In this document: in pieces, positions 1 to 13,358 of the stretch
How the letters are laid out: each line of letters begins with the position of its first letter
How positions within the stretch are numbered: position 1 is the first letter of the stretch
Program-made: the position numbers and the translations under genes
Notes under the pieces: generated by a model
Told to the model about the DNA's origin: nothing
The model's input: only the letters and a program-made list of their open reading frames with translations
Databases searched by the model: none
Assembly (NCBI GenBank): GCA_951406725.2
Contig: OX597830.1
Location: forward strand, 65,348,001 to 65,412,000
Origin: Octopus vulgaris
Taxonomy: Eukaryota
Reading direction: 5' to 3'
DNA: 64,000 nt

Positions 1-330
1 GTGTCTTCTGCTATAGCCCCGGGCCGACCAATGCCTTGTGAGTGGATTTGGTAGACGGAAACTGAAAGAAGCCTGTCGTATATATGTATATATATATATG
101 TGTGTGTTTGTGTGTCTGTGTTTGTTCCCCTAGCATCGCTTGACAACCGATGCTGGTGTGTTTACGTCCCGTCACTTAGCGGTTCGGCAAAAAAGAGACC
201 GATAGAATAAGTACTGGTCTTACAAAGAATAAGTCCCGGGGTCAAGTTGCTCGATTAAAGGCGGTGCTCCAGCATGGCCGCAGTCAAATGACTGAAACAA
301 GTAAAAGAGAAAAGAGAAAGAGAAAAAGAG
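1..330 (+). mobile_element. tRNA-derived SINE family A with internal (TA)n(TG)n microsatellite, 5' part outside window
   Basis: Near-identical to full copies at 10272, 30787, 38621, 49431 and 54367; tail ggcggtgctccagcatggccgcagtcaaatgactgaaaca followed by (AAAAGAG)n. Confidence 0.9.
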
Positions 331-597
331 ATAACTGTAATAATAACATTTAGAATAACATACTTATATTTTTCATAAAATATCTATTATCATTTGGTGG
401 TAAGTAACACAATTTGGATTACAAAAAACCTTTATTTTTCAATAAAAATATTTTACAGCAGTTGCAATTAAAACAAAAAAAACATTATAGATCTTCTTTA
501 CTTCCTATCAAGATAAATAATATTAATAAAACATCAAACCTGCTACGTGTATTTATCTAAATCCCATCAAATTTCTCACAATTATTACTAGCTGTTT

Positions 598-1817
598 CTA
601 AATGTCTCTTATATCACAAGATTCATCATATATACCATCATCGTAAGGATTCCAGTCTGGTTCTGGTGAATCGATTTCGATTTCGTCGTCGCTATTGTAC
701 AGAATATCATCTTCGGTACCATCTGTGGCATTACAGATACCGCATTCTTTTAATGATTTTATCACATTTTCTACTTTCACTTTGTCCCATGCTTTTATAA
801 CAAAATCACAGGGAACATAGCACGCATAGCTCCACCTTTTGTAAAAGGTTTTTCCCCATTCATCATCCAGTCATTCCATTGCTCTCTCACATTATCTTTA
901 AATGGTTTGTTTAAACTGACATCAAGTGGCTGCAATATAGAAGTCAAACCATCAAGAATAACAACAATATCAGTATTGGTTTTGGATAACCGGGTTTTAG
1001 TATTTGCCGTTACGTGGCTACGAAGCATATCCCAAACTGCGTTTGTTTCGTATGTTACCTGATCGCCTGTTCCAAATATTCTCAATCCATAATTTCACAC
1101 CATTCTCGTCCATCCACCCTTTCTCGTGAAAATGAACAAAAACGCCATGAGCGAAGTCTATTTTTGGGCTTTGTTTTATGTTTGAAAATAACCATGGGTT
1201 TTAATTTTGTACCGTCAGCCATGCAGGATAATATCACCATAAACCTCGTTTTCTCATATATCCCGTGCTTTTAACGTGCACTGTTTTTAACCCTTTCAAA
1301 TCTAGCGTTTTGTTACCCAGCATTTCAAAGTTTAATGGAGTTTCATCCATATTTCCAATATGAGACAATGGAAACTGATGCCTTTTTCTCAGCTGGATGA
1401 GAAACTGGAGAAAACTGGTTACTTTGTGATCGAGATCTCTTGGGAGTTTTGGGGGCTATTTTTGTCTTCTCCCTTATTACCAGATTATTTTCTGTTCATA
1501 AAACTCTTACACCAGCTTACTGTTGCTTTAAAATCTTTACTTTCTAAATTATATGATTTAGGGCATAAGATCTTATTTTATTTCGACTTACAATCATGTC
1601 ATCTGCTCGAGTACCCATTTTCCAACTTCGGTCAACGAGTGCTTCCTCTTCTCATTGGACATTTTTGTTGGTGCATTTGTCTTAATTTTTCCTCATTCTT
1701 TCTCCACTCTCGTACCATCTTCTCGGTAACATCGTATGTTCTAGCAGCAGCGCAGTTGTTCGGACTCTTGGCTACTGTTATAACTTTCAATTTTTTTCTT
1801 TTTGCTGATGGTTGCAT
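598..1817 (-). pseudogene. Frameshifted pogo transposase (Brinker-like DNA-binding domain, DDE_1 domain, acidic tail)
   Basis: ORF pieces KLKVITVAKSPNNCAAARTYDVTEKMVREWRK, GLTSILQPLDVSLNKPFKDNVREQWNDWM and VIKSLKECGICNATDGTEDD. Confidence 0.85.
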
Positions 1818-1897
1818 ATTGGTATGGGTATAAAATAATTATAAATTTCGCTGGACTAGAGAGTTTGTCTTTTTATATGAAGTATAGGTAAATGGTT

Positions 1898-2273
1898 GTG
1901 GAGGCGCAATGGCCCAGTGGTTAGGGCAGCGGACTCGCGGTTTCGATTCCCAGACCGGGCGTTGTGAGTGTTTATTGAGCGAAAACACCTAAAGCTCCAC
2001 GAGGCTCCTGCGGGGGATGGTGGTGATCCCTGCTGTACTCTTTCACCACAACTTTCCCTCACTCTTACTTCCTGTTTCTGTTGTACCTGTATTTCAAAGG
2101 GCCGGCCTTGTCACTCTCTGTGTCAGGCTCAATATCCCCGAGAATTACGTTAAGGGTACACGTGTCTGTGGAGTGCTCAGTCACTTACACGTTAATTTCA
2201 CGAGCAGGCTGTTCCGTTGATTCGGATCAACCGGAACCCTCGTCGTCGTAACCGACGGAGTGCTTCCATCATC
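1898..2273 (+). mobile_element. tRNA-derived SINE family C with (CAT)n tail, flanked by an 80-bp direct repeat
   Basis: A box tggcccagtgg, B-box-like gtttcgattcc; matches 29380-29764; 1818-1897 is identical to 2274-2353. Confidence 0.9.
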
Positions 2274-2624
2274 ATTGGTATGGGTATAAAATAATTATAA
2301 ATTTCGCTGGACTAGAGAGTTTGTCTTTTTATATGAAGTATAGGTAAATGGTTATTAATACACCAGACTGACCGTAACTGTTTAGAACAGTTCAGTCATA
2401 GGAACCGCCAATGTCGTGTTGATGTTAGCAGTTGTTATGATAGCGATAAAGTTTTGATAAAGAAGAAGAATCAAGTTCCTCTTATAGGCGAGGTGTGTAT
2501 GAAAAATCATGATATAGAAACGGATTTGTTATTTCGTTTATCTTAATTTCTAAGGATATAGTAAGTGAAAAAAAAAAAAAACATTTGTGATGAGATCATC
2601 TTTACATGACCAATATTTCTAAAA

Positions 2625-2789
2625 GGCGGCGAGCTGGCAGAATCGTTAGCATACCAGGCGAAATGCTTAGCGGTATTTCGTCTGCCGTTACGTTCTGAGT
2701 TCAAATTCCACCGATGTAATGACTTAATCCCTTTGTCTGTCCTTGTTTGTCCCTTCTATGTTTGGCCCCCTGTGAACAATAAAGAAAGA
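2625..2789 (+). mobile_element. SINE family B, internally deleted copy
   Basis: Head ggcggcgagctggcagaatcgttagc; 12-bp TSD aatatttctaaa. Confidence 0.85.
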
Positions 2790-3065
2790 AATATTTCTAA
2801 AGATACATGTTGTTGAAAAAGCTTGCCTGTACACAAACGGTTTTGTAATTTAACAGTCGTGTAATATTACAGATATGGGATAAATTCATGAAATATTTTA
2901 CGAACTTTGATTTCGTCTTATCTAAAGGTCGTCTTATACGCGGAAATATACGGTATATACATACATATATATATATATATATATACGACAGGCTTCTTTC
3001 AGTTTCCCTCTAACAAATCCACTCACAAGGCTACAGAAGAAGACACGTGCCCAAGGTTCCACGTA

Positions 3066-3352
3066 GTGGAACCTTGCAGCAGCTTCGGTTTCAGGGGACC
3101 ACAGCTCTTCAATATCCTTCTAAAATGCCTGCATGGTGTGGATGTAGGTTTCTTTAAAACTAAACTCGATCTATTCTTGTCAGGGGTTCCAAATGAACCT
3201 ACCTCTCGACAGGAAAAACAGATGCGGACAGCGGCGTCGAACTCCCTTGTTGACCAAGTGCCACATATCAGAGGGGGTAGCACAATCAACGGTGGTGTCC
3301 CAGCATGACCGCAGTTTTCGGGCTGAAACATTCTAAAGGATTTAAGGATTTA
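3066..3352 (+). mobile_element. 3' end of a CR1/L2-group LINE (ORF2 C-terminus, 3' UTR, short tandem tail)
   Basis: GPQLFNIL...FKTKLDLFLSGVPNEP...NSL; tail (aaggattt)n. Confidence 0.7.
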
Positions 3353-3384
3353 TTATATATATATATGAATATATCACATATATA

Positions 3385-3640
3385 GTGGAGGCGCGTGGCT
3401 TAGTGGTTAGGGTATCAGCACCATGATCGTAAGATTGTGACTTCGATTCCTGGACCGGGCGACGCGTTGTGTTCCTGAACAAAACACTTCATTTCACGTT
3501 GCTCCAGTCCACTCAGCTGGCAAAAGGGAGTAACGCTGCGGTGGAATGGCGTCCCGTCCACTGGAGAACACATACGCCATAGAAACCGGGAAACCGGACC
3601 CATGAGCCCATGAGCCTGGCTAGTCTTTAAAAAGGGCACA
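3385..3640 (+). mobile_element. tRNA-derived CORE-like SINE family D
   Basis: Head gtggaggcgcgtggcttagtggttagg; matches 19647-19895 and 27490-27720 (-). Confidence 0.8.
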
Positions 3641-3709
3641 TTTATTTATTTATTTATTTATTTATATCACATATATATTATATATATATATATAAAAATA
3701 TATAAATAT

Positions 3710-3742
<33 letters not shown>

Positions 3743-4380
3743 ATTTGTAGTGTAGTATACGGATTCGGGGAATTGTGTTACAATCACGGAAAGCTCCTCT
3801 CCTGGACACGGCTGTATTAAAGTCTATTGAAACACTATGCATTTGAAGACTATCTGACCTTTTAACCCAATTCGAATCGTTTCAAAACTATCCCTTAGTT
3901 TCATTTTCATATCTCCAGCTTCCAGCTTCCAGCTCCCCGCCGAATTTATCTATATCATATATTATTTTAGTGTTTATATGTATTTTTAAACATTCACAAA
4001 ATACATTTTATTTTTTTTTCTATTTAATCTAACTAGTCTACTTCCTCTCCTATCCCTTTCCTGTCATTCGTTTACAGTAAGGATGGTCATCTCCCTAAAC
4101 TTAGATCCAGTAGCTTAATTGATGACAAACAAATGTATTCATTTAGAAGATTTTAATAAGAGATAAAATCAATAGCTATAGTGAGAAGTAATGTGTATTG
4201 CCACATCGGAATGACTGTTTGACGTCACTACCGTTTAACGCCAGGCAGAGCCAGTACCAGCTGGTTATCGGTGTAATCTGCACCTGGTATATGTTTCAAG
4301 TAAGGGAGCGAACCCCTAGCACCTTCTGGCAGACGAAGGGATCTCCAGACCGAACGGTTTCGGGGCTATTTGTACCCATC

Positions 4381-4471
<91 letters not shown>

Positions 4472-4494
4472 GTATGTATATATATATATATATA

Positions 4495-4682
4495 GTTAAT
4501 CCAAACAAGAAAACACAAAAAAACACAACAACGCGAGGACGTGGAACAAATATAGTATTATTGGACGCTCAGGAAAGAAGGAGGGTTTAATGTTTCGAGC
4601 GGAGCTCTTCGTCGGAAACATAGGAGAAGGAAAGATCCAGAGAAGGGAAGACAGAGGAAAAAATCGCCAACGGTACACACGA

Positions 4683-4685
<3 letters not shown>
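4495..4685 (-). mobile_element. Short (TA)n-flanked element with mutated hammerhead (4585-4619); same family as 53145-53352
   Basis: Minus strand: gttt CCGACGA a gagc tcc gctc GAAAC ATT aaac. Confidence 0.7.
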
Positions 4686-4720
<35 letters not shown>

Positions 4721-4724
<4 letters not shown>

Positions 4725-5170
4725 ATAAATATTAGGGAATAAATCCAAATTTACAGGGAAAAAATCAGATTTAGGATTAAATCCAATTTTATAGTAAAAT
4801 ATTATATAATATTAATTCGAGACAAAACCACTATTTTGCAAAACAAACAAGGAAAGACTTAATCAATACATAAAATTTTCTTTTTATATAAAGAAATAAA
4901 CCGCCACTACAATCGTTTCATGTCTTCAATGACATTCGTCAGGTGGATTTTCGATCTCCTAATCTGTTTTAATTTATGAAGTTCATGACTTTATGAAGTT
5001 TATGACTTCATAAATTAAAACAGATTAGGAGATCGAAAATCCACCTGACGAATGTCATTGAAGACATGAAACGATTGTAGTGACGGTTTATTTCTTTATA
5101 TAAAAAAAAAATTTATGTATTGATTAAGTCTTTCCTTGTTTGTTTTGCAAAATAGTGGTTTTGTCTCGAA

Positions 5171-5183
<13 letters not shown>
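4721..5183. mobile_element. Penelope-like non-autonomous fold-back element in (TA)n, about 180-bp inverted arms
   Basis: 4804-4982 is the reverse complement of 5005-5183; hammerhead in each arm; left end shared with 17496, 8578 and 57891 copies. Confidence 0.75.
5041..5083 (+). ncRNA. Minimal type-I hammerhead ribozyme (mirror copy at 4904-4946 on -)
   Basis: ccac CTGACGA atgtc attgaa gacat GAAAC gatt GTA gtga (gtgg in the mirror copy). Confidence 0.75.
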
Positions 5184-5208
<25 letters not shown>

Positions 5209-5210
<2 letters not shown>

Positions 5211-6155
5211 GCTTGGTATGTCATGGGAACCTTAAAAGTGAACGAAGCTGTAGATCCAACACGGTTTAAGAAAGACCAGAGAGAGCAGATGAAGAAAATT
5301 TGGCAGGACAAGAAAATGCACAGTCAGTTCTTGAAGAGTAAAGATGAGATTGATTGGAATAGAACCTGGCAATGGCTACAGAAAGAAGACTTAAAAGGGC
5401 CCACTGATGCATTAGTGTGCAGCGTTTATGAACTAGCTCTCAGAACAAACTACTCCAAATATCACATTGATAAAAGCACTGACTCACCACCGTGTATGAT
5501 GTACTTTGAGAAGGGAGAAAGTATAAGCCATATTGTTAGTGTGTGCCGTAAGCTCGCACAACGCGAATACATGAGGAGACACGACAATGTAGCCAGATAT
5601 GTCCATTGGCTGTTGTGCGGTAAAGCAAACCTCGAGAAAGCCGAACAATGATATGAACAGAAGCCAGAAGGAGTAAGGGAAAACGAAATACTCTGGGATT
5701 TTAACATACAGTGCAACCAAGTCATAGAAGCAAGAAGGCCAGATATCGTGATCATCCATGAAGATGAAAAAGAAGCAAAGATAATAGATGTTGCAATACC
5801 AGGTGATTCGAGGGTGAAATGTAAGGAGGCAGAAAAGAGTGAGAAATACCAGCCACTGCAGGAGAAGATGGGGAAGTTATGGGGCATGAGGAAAATAATG
5901 GTAATACCGGTGGTAATTGAAGCGTTGCGAATAGTTTCCAAAAGCTTTGAAAAACATATTAAAAATATTGGAGTTACTGTCAGGCTCGAAGTGATCCAGA
6001 AGACAGCATTGTTGGGTACAGCTCGCATTCTAAGGAGAGTATTGTCTCTTTGAGTCACAGGAGAAGGCACTACTTGAAACCTTTGGTGATTTTTTTTATT
6101 GCCTGTTTTCAAGTAAAGGGCAACCGGGAATTATAAACTATCCGAGTCTCTCTCA
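5209..6155 (+). mobile_element. 5'-truncated RLE-type non-LTR retrotransposon (R4/Dong-like) ending in (AAT)n
   Basis: Degenerate CCHC knuckle CMMYFEKGESISHIVSVC, RRHDNVA, RPDIVI..IIDVAIP, QKTALLGTARILRRVL. Confidence 0.85.
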
Positions 6156-6160
6156 GAGGA

Positions 6161-6685
<525 letters not shown>

Positions 6686-6851
6686 TTGGACAAATAAGTA
6701 TCAATCGATCAGTGTGTTTAAATTATGAGTAGAACACCGGCACAATTTAGGCAACCTGTTGTCATCTGCAGTCATGGTACACTTCTGATGGATCTACTTC
6801 GGGATCTCCGCTGTGGCAGTTAGGGTAATAATATTAATTTACAGGAGATGG

Positions 6852-6894
6852 GTACAACATGTTTCGAAACATCAGTCTGGATCTCATCAGGTAC
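6852..6894 (-). ncRNA. Hammerhead motif with degenerate stem II
   Basis: Minus strand: gtac CTGATGA gatcca gactga tgtttc GAAAC at GTT gtac. Confidence 0.55.
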
Positions 6895-6954
6895 ATCGAT
6901 GAAGATATGTCTCACTACAGATTTTGAGTGTCGGCTGACTTGTTATATGTCCAT

Positions 6955-7067
<113 letters not shown>

Positions 7068-7134
7068 TATATATATATATGTATATATATATGTATGTAT
7101 ATATATATATACATTCATATATATATTCATGCAG

Positions 7135-7293
7135 GTGCAGGCGTGGCTCTGTGGTAAGAAGCTTACTTCTCAACCGCATGCTTCCGGGTTCAGTCCCACT
7201 GTGGCACCTTGGGCAAGTGTCTTCTGCTATAGCTTCGGACCGACCAAAGGCTTGTGAGCGGATTTGGTAGACGGAAACTGGAAGAAGCCCGTC

Positions 7294-7350
<57 letters not shown>

Positions 7351-7566
7351 TGTGCCTGTGTGTGTATCTGTGTTTGTCCCCTCACCATCGCTTGACAACC
7401 GATGTTGGTGTGTTTACGTCCCTTGTAACTTAGTGGTTCGGCTAAAAAGACCGTTAGAATAAATATTAGACTTACAAAGAATAAATCCTGGGTTCGATTT
7501 GTTCGACTAAAGGCGGCGCTCCAGCACGGCCGCAGTCAAATGACTGAAACAAGTAAAAGAATAAAA

Positions 7567-7570
<4 letters not shown>
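7135..7570 (+). mobile_element. SINE family A
   Basis: Head, internal (TG)n and conserved tail. Confidence 0.85.
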
Positions 7571-7639
<69 letters not shown>

Positions 7640-8081
7640 ACTATTGCTGTTTAGAATAACACCTACGCAAATTTTATAAACAATACATTCAAAAGAGATG
7701 TTTCATGAATTACTACTACCATCCACAGCAGGTCATTTTCGAGGCTGACCATTCAACATACAACTGTCATGGCACTCCCTCATTCTTCTTCTCCTTCTTC
7801 TTTTTCCCTACCAAGGATTCACAACGACCTCAAACCCACAAGATAAACAAGAGAGACAGAGACAGGCAGAAACAAGGAAAATGCCGCTTGTATTTGAATA
7901 CTATACAAATACTTTTAAAAAAAAAATTTTCTTTTAATTTTTCCAAATTTAATTGTTTTCCATACTTACAGTTGAAAAAGAATAAATGACTGAAACCGGT
8001 ACTGAACTGTTTTTTATAAAACTATTTTAGCATTTTCTATCTTTACTTTCTTTTTCCATATATATATAATTTAAATATATA

Positions 8082-8127
<46 letters not shown>

Positions 8128-8129
<2 letters not shown>

Positions 8130-8512
8130 GTAAAATATGGAAAATCAACGAAAATGCATATTTCAAATAGAAAAAGGCTATTTATGACAGGTAACGACAA
8201 ATATATACATTTAGATTGACTGAGGTAGTAATACGAGTCATAAAGGTCATTATTATGAGATGATAATAAGATGATAATAAAGAGAACAAAACGAACCAAT
8301 GGTTTACGCAAAGCTATTCATCGTTTCGTTGAAACGATGAATAGCTTTGCTTAAACCATTGGTTCGTTTTGTTCTCTTACTTTATAACAAGGACTTTTAT
8401 GACTCGTATTACTACCTCAGTCAATCTAAATGTATATATTTGTCGTTACCTATCATAAATAGCCTTTTTCTATTTACAATATGCATTTTCGTTGATTTTT
8501 CATATTTTACCC
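8128..8512. mobile_element. Fold-back element (about 190-bp arms, 3-nt loop) adjacent to (TA)n, probably Penelope-derived
   Basis: gggtaaaatatg...tcgtttc gtt gaaacga...catattttaccc. Confidence 0.65.
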
Positions 8513-8577
8513 TTACATTTCCACGTGTATTTCATATTTTCTTTTCGTAACATATTTCTACCAAATATATATATATA

Positions 8578-8726
8578 TAATAGATAAAACCACTATTAGG
8601 CAAATCATACAATGAAAAACTTAAGCCAAAACATAAGATTAATTAATTTATATATTTTACTATAAAATTGGATTCAATCCTAAATCTGATTTTTCCCTGT
8701 AAGTTTGGATTTATTCCCTAATATTT

Positions 8727-8730
<4 letters not shown>
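8578..8730. mobile_element. Short inverted-junction copy of the 4721/17496 family
   Basis: agataaaaccactattaggcaaat joined to the reverse-complemented end ...ggatttattccctaatatt, then (TA)n. Confidence 0.65.
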
Positions 8731-8810
<80 letters not shown>

Positions 8811-9308
8811 GTATGTATGTATATGTATGTATGTATGTATAATGAGTGATGAGTGAAGTGTGTGTGTGAGTGAAAAAGCAAGATTAAAGACACACTGATT
8901 GATTAAAAATCGTAGATTCTGACCTAACAAACTGACAATGTTTGTATAACTCACATCTTATTTTTAGGAGTATGTAGGTGTATAATTATTCAATTGAATG
9001 TAATTCAAAGGGTATTTAACTGATATTTATAACAGGTCAAATAAACAGTGTTCTCCCCCCGCCCTCTCTCTCTCTCTCTCTCCCTCTGGCTTGTGTCGAT
9101 TCAAGTGCAGCTCCATTACGGAATTTAGTGCCTCTGGCTCAATTTATCTTGACTCATCTTTATTTTACTCCTATAGAACTGCGGAACCGGAATCATTTTT
9201 GTTCTGACACATTTCTGGGAATTCAACTGGGTCTCTCTGAGCAATTTAGTAAATATTTGTTGGGAAATTGAAGCCGTTGTTTCACGTGAAACAAAACACC
9301 GGTTACAT

Positions 9309-9368
<60 letters not shown>

Positions 9369-9395
9369 GCATACACACATAAATACATACAATTA

Positions 9396-9477
<82 letters not shown>

Positions 9478-10271
9478 AAAACAAAAAGATCCGGCTTACG
9501 TGATTTTTAATACACCGGAACAGGCTATCATTGTGCCATTATTTCGTTAGAGTTGGAGATAAACACAATCTGATGTAAGATCTTTCATTGATGGCTGACT
9601 TGTTGTATAGTCAAATACCCAAGCACTGGAGGAGACAGCAAAGTGGTCTGAGTTCGAGAATGGGATTGGCTTAGTTGAAAAACATTTACTTCTCATCAAC
9701 GAGTCAAAGAAATTAAGAGAGAAAAAGAGAAAGAGAGAGAGAGAGAGAGGAAGAGAGAAAAAGAGACAGAGACAGGATCATTGTGTCTACTCGACCTGTT
9801 ATAGATGGCAGCCAAATTCCCCTTACATGACATACTACTGAATGATATAGTCCCACATACACCCACTCCAAACCACACCACGGCCACCACCACCAAATAA
9901 AAGGAGGGATGGTTTGGATTTGAATGCGTTTGGTTGATCGTATTCTTTTATTTGTTTACTTACTTCAGTCAGAATGACTGAAGCCATGCAGTCAAAACTG
10001 CTAAGTTACAGGAACGTAAACACACCAACACCGGTTGGCAAACAGCAAAGGAGGTTAGTTTCCGTCTACCAAATCCACGCACAAGGCTTTCGCCCGGCCG
10101 AAGTTATAGTAGAAGACATTTGCCCAAGGTGTCACGCAATGGGACTGAACCCGGAACCATGTGGTTGGGAAGCAAACTTCTTACCCCTCAGCCACGCCTG
10201 TCTTTCTTTATTGGCAAAAAATCTTGAAATAAAACTAAATAATGACATACATACATACATACATACATACG

Positions 10272-10669
10272 CGTAGGAGTGGCTGTGTGGTAAGTAGCTT
10301 GCTTACCAACCACATGGTTCCGAGTTCAGCCCCACAACATGGCATCTTGGGCAAGTGCCTTCTACTATAGCCTCAGGCTGACCAAAGCCTTGTGAGTGGA
10401 TTTGTTTGACGGAAACTGAAAGAAGCCCGTCGTATATATGTATATATATGTGTGTGTGTATATGTTTGTGTGTCTATGTTTGTTCCCCCAACATCGCTTG
10501 ACAACCGATGCTGGTGTGTTTACGTCCCCGTAAACTAGCGGTTCGGCAAAAGAGACCGATAGAATAAGTACTAGGCTTACAAAGAATAAGTCCTGGGGTC
10601 GATTTTCTCGACTAAAGGTGGTGCTCCAGCATGGCCATAGTCAAATGACTGAAATAAGTAAAAGAGTAA
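10272..10669 (+). mobile_element. SINE family A
   Basis: Full head and tail. Confidence 0.85.
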
Positions 10670-11450
10670 ACATGCATAGAAAGCACCGTGAGGATAGTAA
10701 TCACCGATCTTCAAAGCAGTTTATCATGGACCAATAGCCGGACTGCTACCTCCCAATTTGAAGGGTATGCGTTTGCAATCCAGGAACAGGAAATATCAAC
10801 CAAGTACTTGATGCACAAAAGGATAGAGATGCAGGTAAAGCCGAAAAGCGTGACAACCGATGCAGACTTTGTCGAGTTCGCATTGAAGGTATCACCCACA
10901 TCATAAACAGTTGTCCGAAAATATCATCACGGTATTATCTACCGATGAGATGTGAAGTTGTAGCTAGGACACTGTATAATGAAATCCGTCGGAAGGATAA
11001 TCCCGAGAACGAAGACATAAGAACCCATAATATGTTTGAAGCCAGAGTCACTCATGATAAAAAGGAATACTGGTGAAATGTACCAGTGAAGACCTCAATA
11101 AATAAGCACAACAGACCCGATATAATGATCTGGGATAGAGAAGAGAAACTGTGCTCAGTCGTGGAAATTAGCTGCCCAGCGGATGTTAACATAAAGCTGA
11201 AGATCAGTGAAAAAAAGAAAACCTATGCTAAACTATTGAGAAATCTGCAGTTACTCTATCCAGATTAGAAGTTCAGGATTATACCTATGATTATTGGGGG
11301 CCCCGGTTATGTAACACTGCCTAAATACCAATCTTGAGAAATTATGCTTCTGAAAACCAGAAAGGAGAAAGCTAATCCGAAGACAATAGATCCAGTCCAT
11401 CACTGGAACTGTAAAAATCTATAAAACTTTCCAGAAGTTTGTCATTTAAA
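10670..11450 (+). mobile_element. RLE-type (R4/Dong-like) LINE 3' fragment, frameshifted
   Basis: AFAIQEQEISTKY, CRLC..HIINSC, HNRPDIMIWDREEKLCSVVEISCP. Confidence 0.8.
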
Positions 11451-11869
11451 TATATATGAGCATGTCTAGATATGTAACTATATGCATGGGAATCCATACA
11501 TAAAACATACACAGCTGCACATACATACATACATACATACATACATACATACATACATACATACATACATACATACATACATACATACACACACATATAC
11601 ATACATACATACATACATACATACAAAAATACCTTGTTGTAGATGTTGAAATTTCAATGAAGGAGCTGTGGATCTAGGTTAGAAAACGGTTCTTTCTCTT
11701 TTGGCAAGAAATTTTGCAATAAACTGAATAATGACACAAACATTCATTCAACTGCCCGACAAACGGGGAATATGAGTAGCAGTTTTGGTGATGTTTTTGC
11801 AGCTTTGATAATTAAAACATACATACGTATGAATACATGAGCACACACATACATACACACACACACACA

Positions 11870-11919
<50 letters not shown>

Positions 11920-11994
11920 CATACCTCTCTCCGGAAGAAATCGACTTTGCGGGATCGACTCCGCCAGCTTTAGCAACTCAAAACATGACATATG

Positions 11995-12182
11995 CAGCGG
12001 CGCTGGTGGCGGCGTTGGTGGCGGCGCTGGTGGTGGCACTGGTGGTGGCGCTGGTGGCGGCGTTGGTGGCGGCGTTGGTGGCGACGCTGGTGGCGGCGCT
12101 GGTGGCGGCGTTGGTGGCGGCACTGGTGGCGGCGCTGGTGGCGGCGTTGGTGGCGGCGCTGGTGGTGGCGGCGTTGGCGGCA
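11995..12182. repeat. GC-rich 12-bp minisatellite (GGTGGCGGCGYT)n, about 15 units
   Basis: Direct inspection. Confidence 0.9.
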
Positions 12183-12628
12183 ACGACACTACCACTGTGA
12201 AAAGTTGGTGCATCTTTGCAATAGAAAAAAGGGAGAATGCATACTCTGTATCAACGTTTCAAGCAAAAACGGACAAGCTTCCGTCAATGGTAATACACTG
12301 ATTTAAGGTTCATAGTGACACTTGTTAATTCATTAGTAACAAATCTAGTCCATATATGTCCTGATTTGCATAACTATGAAGAAACAAGCGAAACTCTCTG
12401 CCATGATCGCTAAAGTACTACTATTCTTAATGATTAGTGTGATACGTCCTCGGCGTTACTGCAATGCAAGATTTCGCTTCGACCATACGACTCAAAGAGA
12501 TATTTGCTGGATACTATACGGCAGTTTAAACCTGCCTATCTTTTCGTCGTTCTGCAATGAATTTGGACAAACAAGTGCGTACATACTCTTCTGGCATATA
12601 AAGGGAAGACTTTATAGATGCACTTTAA

Positions 12629-13041
12629 GGCGGCGAACTGGCAGAAACGTTAGCACGCCGGGCGAAATGCTTTGCGGTATTTCGTCCGCCGCTGCGTTCT
12701 GAGTTCAAATTCCGTCGAGGTCGACTTTGCCTTTCATCTTTTCGGGGTTGATAAATTAAGTACCAGTTACGCACTGGGGTCGATGTAATCGACTTAATCC
12801 GTTTGTCTGTCCTTGTTTGTCCTCTCTGTGTTTAGCCTCTTATGGGTAGTAAAGAAATAGGTATTTCGTCCGCCGCTGCGTTCTAAGTTCAAATTCCGCC
12901 GAGGTCGACTTTGCTTTTCATCTTTTCGGGGTCGATAAATTAAGTACCAGTTACGCACTGGGGTCGATATAATCGACTTAATCCGTTCGTCTGTCCTTGT
13001 TTGTCCCCTCTGTGTTTAGCCCCTTGTGGGTAGTAAAGAAA
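12629..13041 (+). mobile_element. SINE family B with two tandem internal units (Meta-domain-like core)
   Basis: Core gaggtcgactttgcctttcatcctttcggggtcgataaattaagtaccag; TSD tatagatgcac. Confidence 0.85.
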
Positions 13042-13358
13042 TATATATATAGATGCACATAGTGACAATGCCTTGTAAAACAATTGAGTGACTATATCGA
13101 GGTGAAGGTGAAAAAATCAAAATTGTTTCAGTGAGGATCAATATGAATTTATTGATCTGATGACTTATCTCATCTTGTACGTGTATAATATCGACAGGAC
13201 ATCAGTCTCTAAAATAATAGCTTATCTTACAAACCTGTAAAAAGACAAACAGAATATGTGAGACGTGAAACATTAGCGGTTTATGGAAGAATCTTGAAAG
13301 CTAATGCGAACAACCACAATAAAAGTGACTTGCATACATGGGCTTATATATATATATA

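Larger units (their letters stand above)
331..2953 (-). mobile_element. Decayed pogo/Tigger-type DNA transposon interrupted by two SINEs
   Basis: Minus-strand end reads TA|CCGTATATTTCCGCGTATAAGACGA (pogo-like TIR with TA); transposase fragments internal. Confidence 0.8.

Noticed and set aside
1360-1833. 157-aa plus-strand ORF
   Set aside because: Antisense shadow of the pogo transposase
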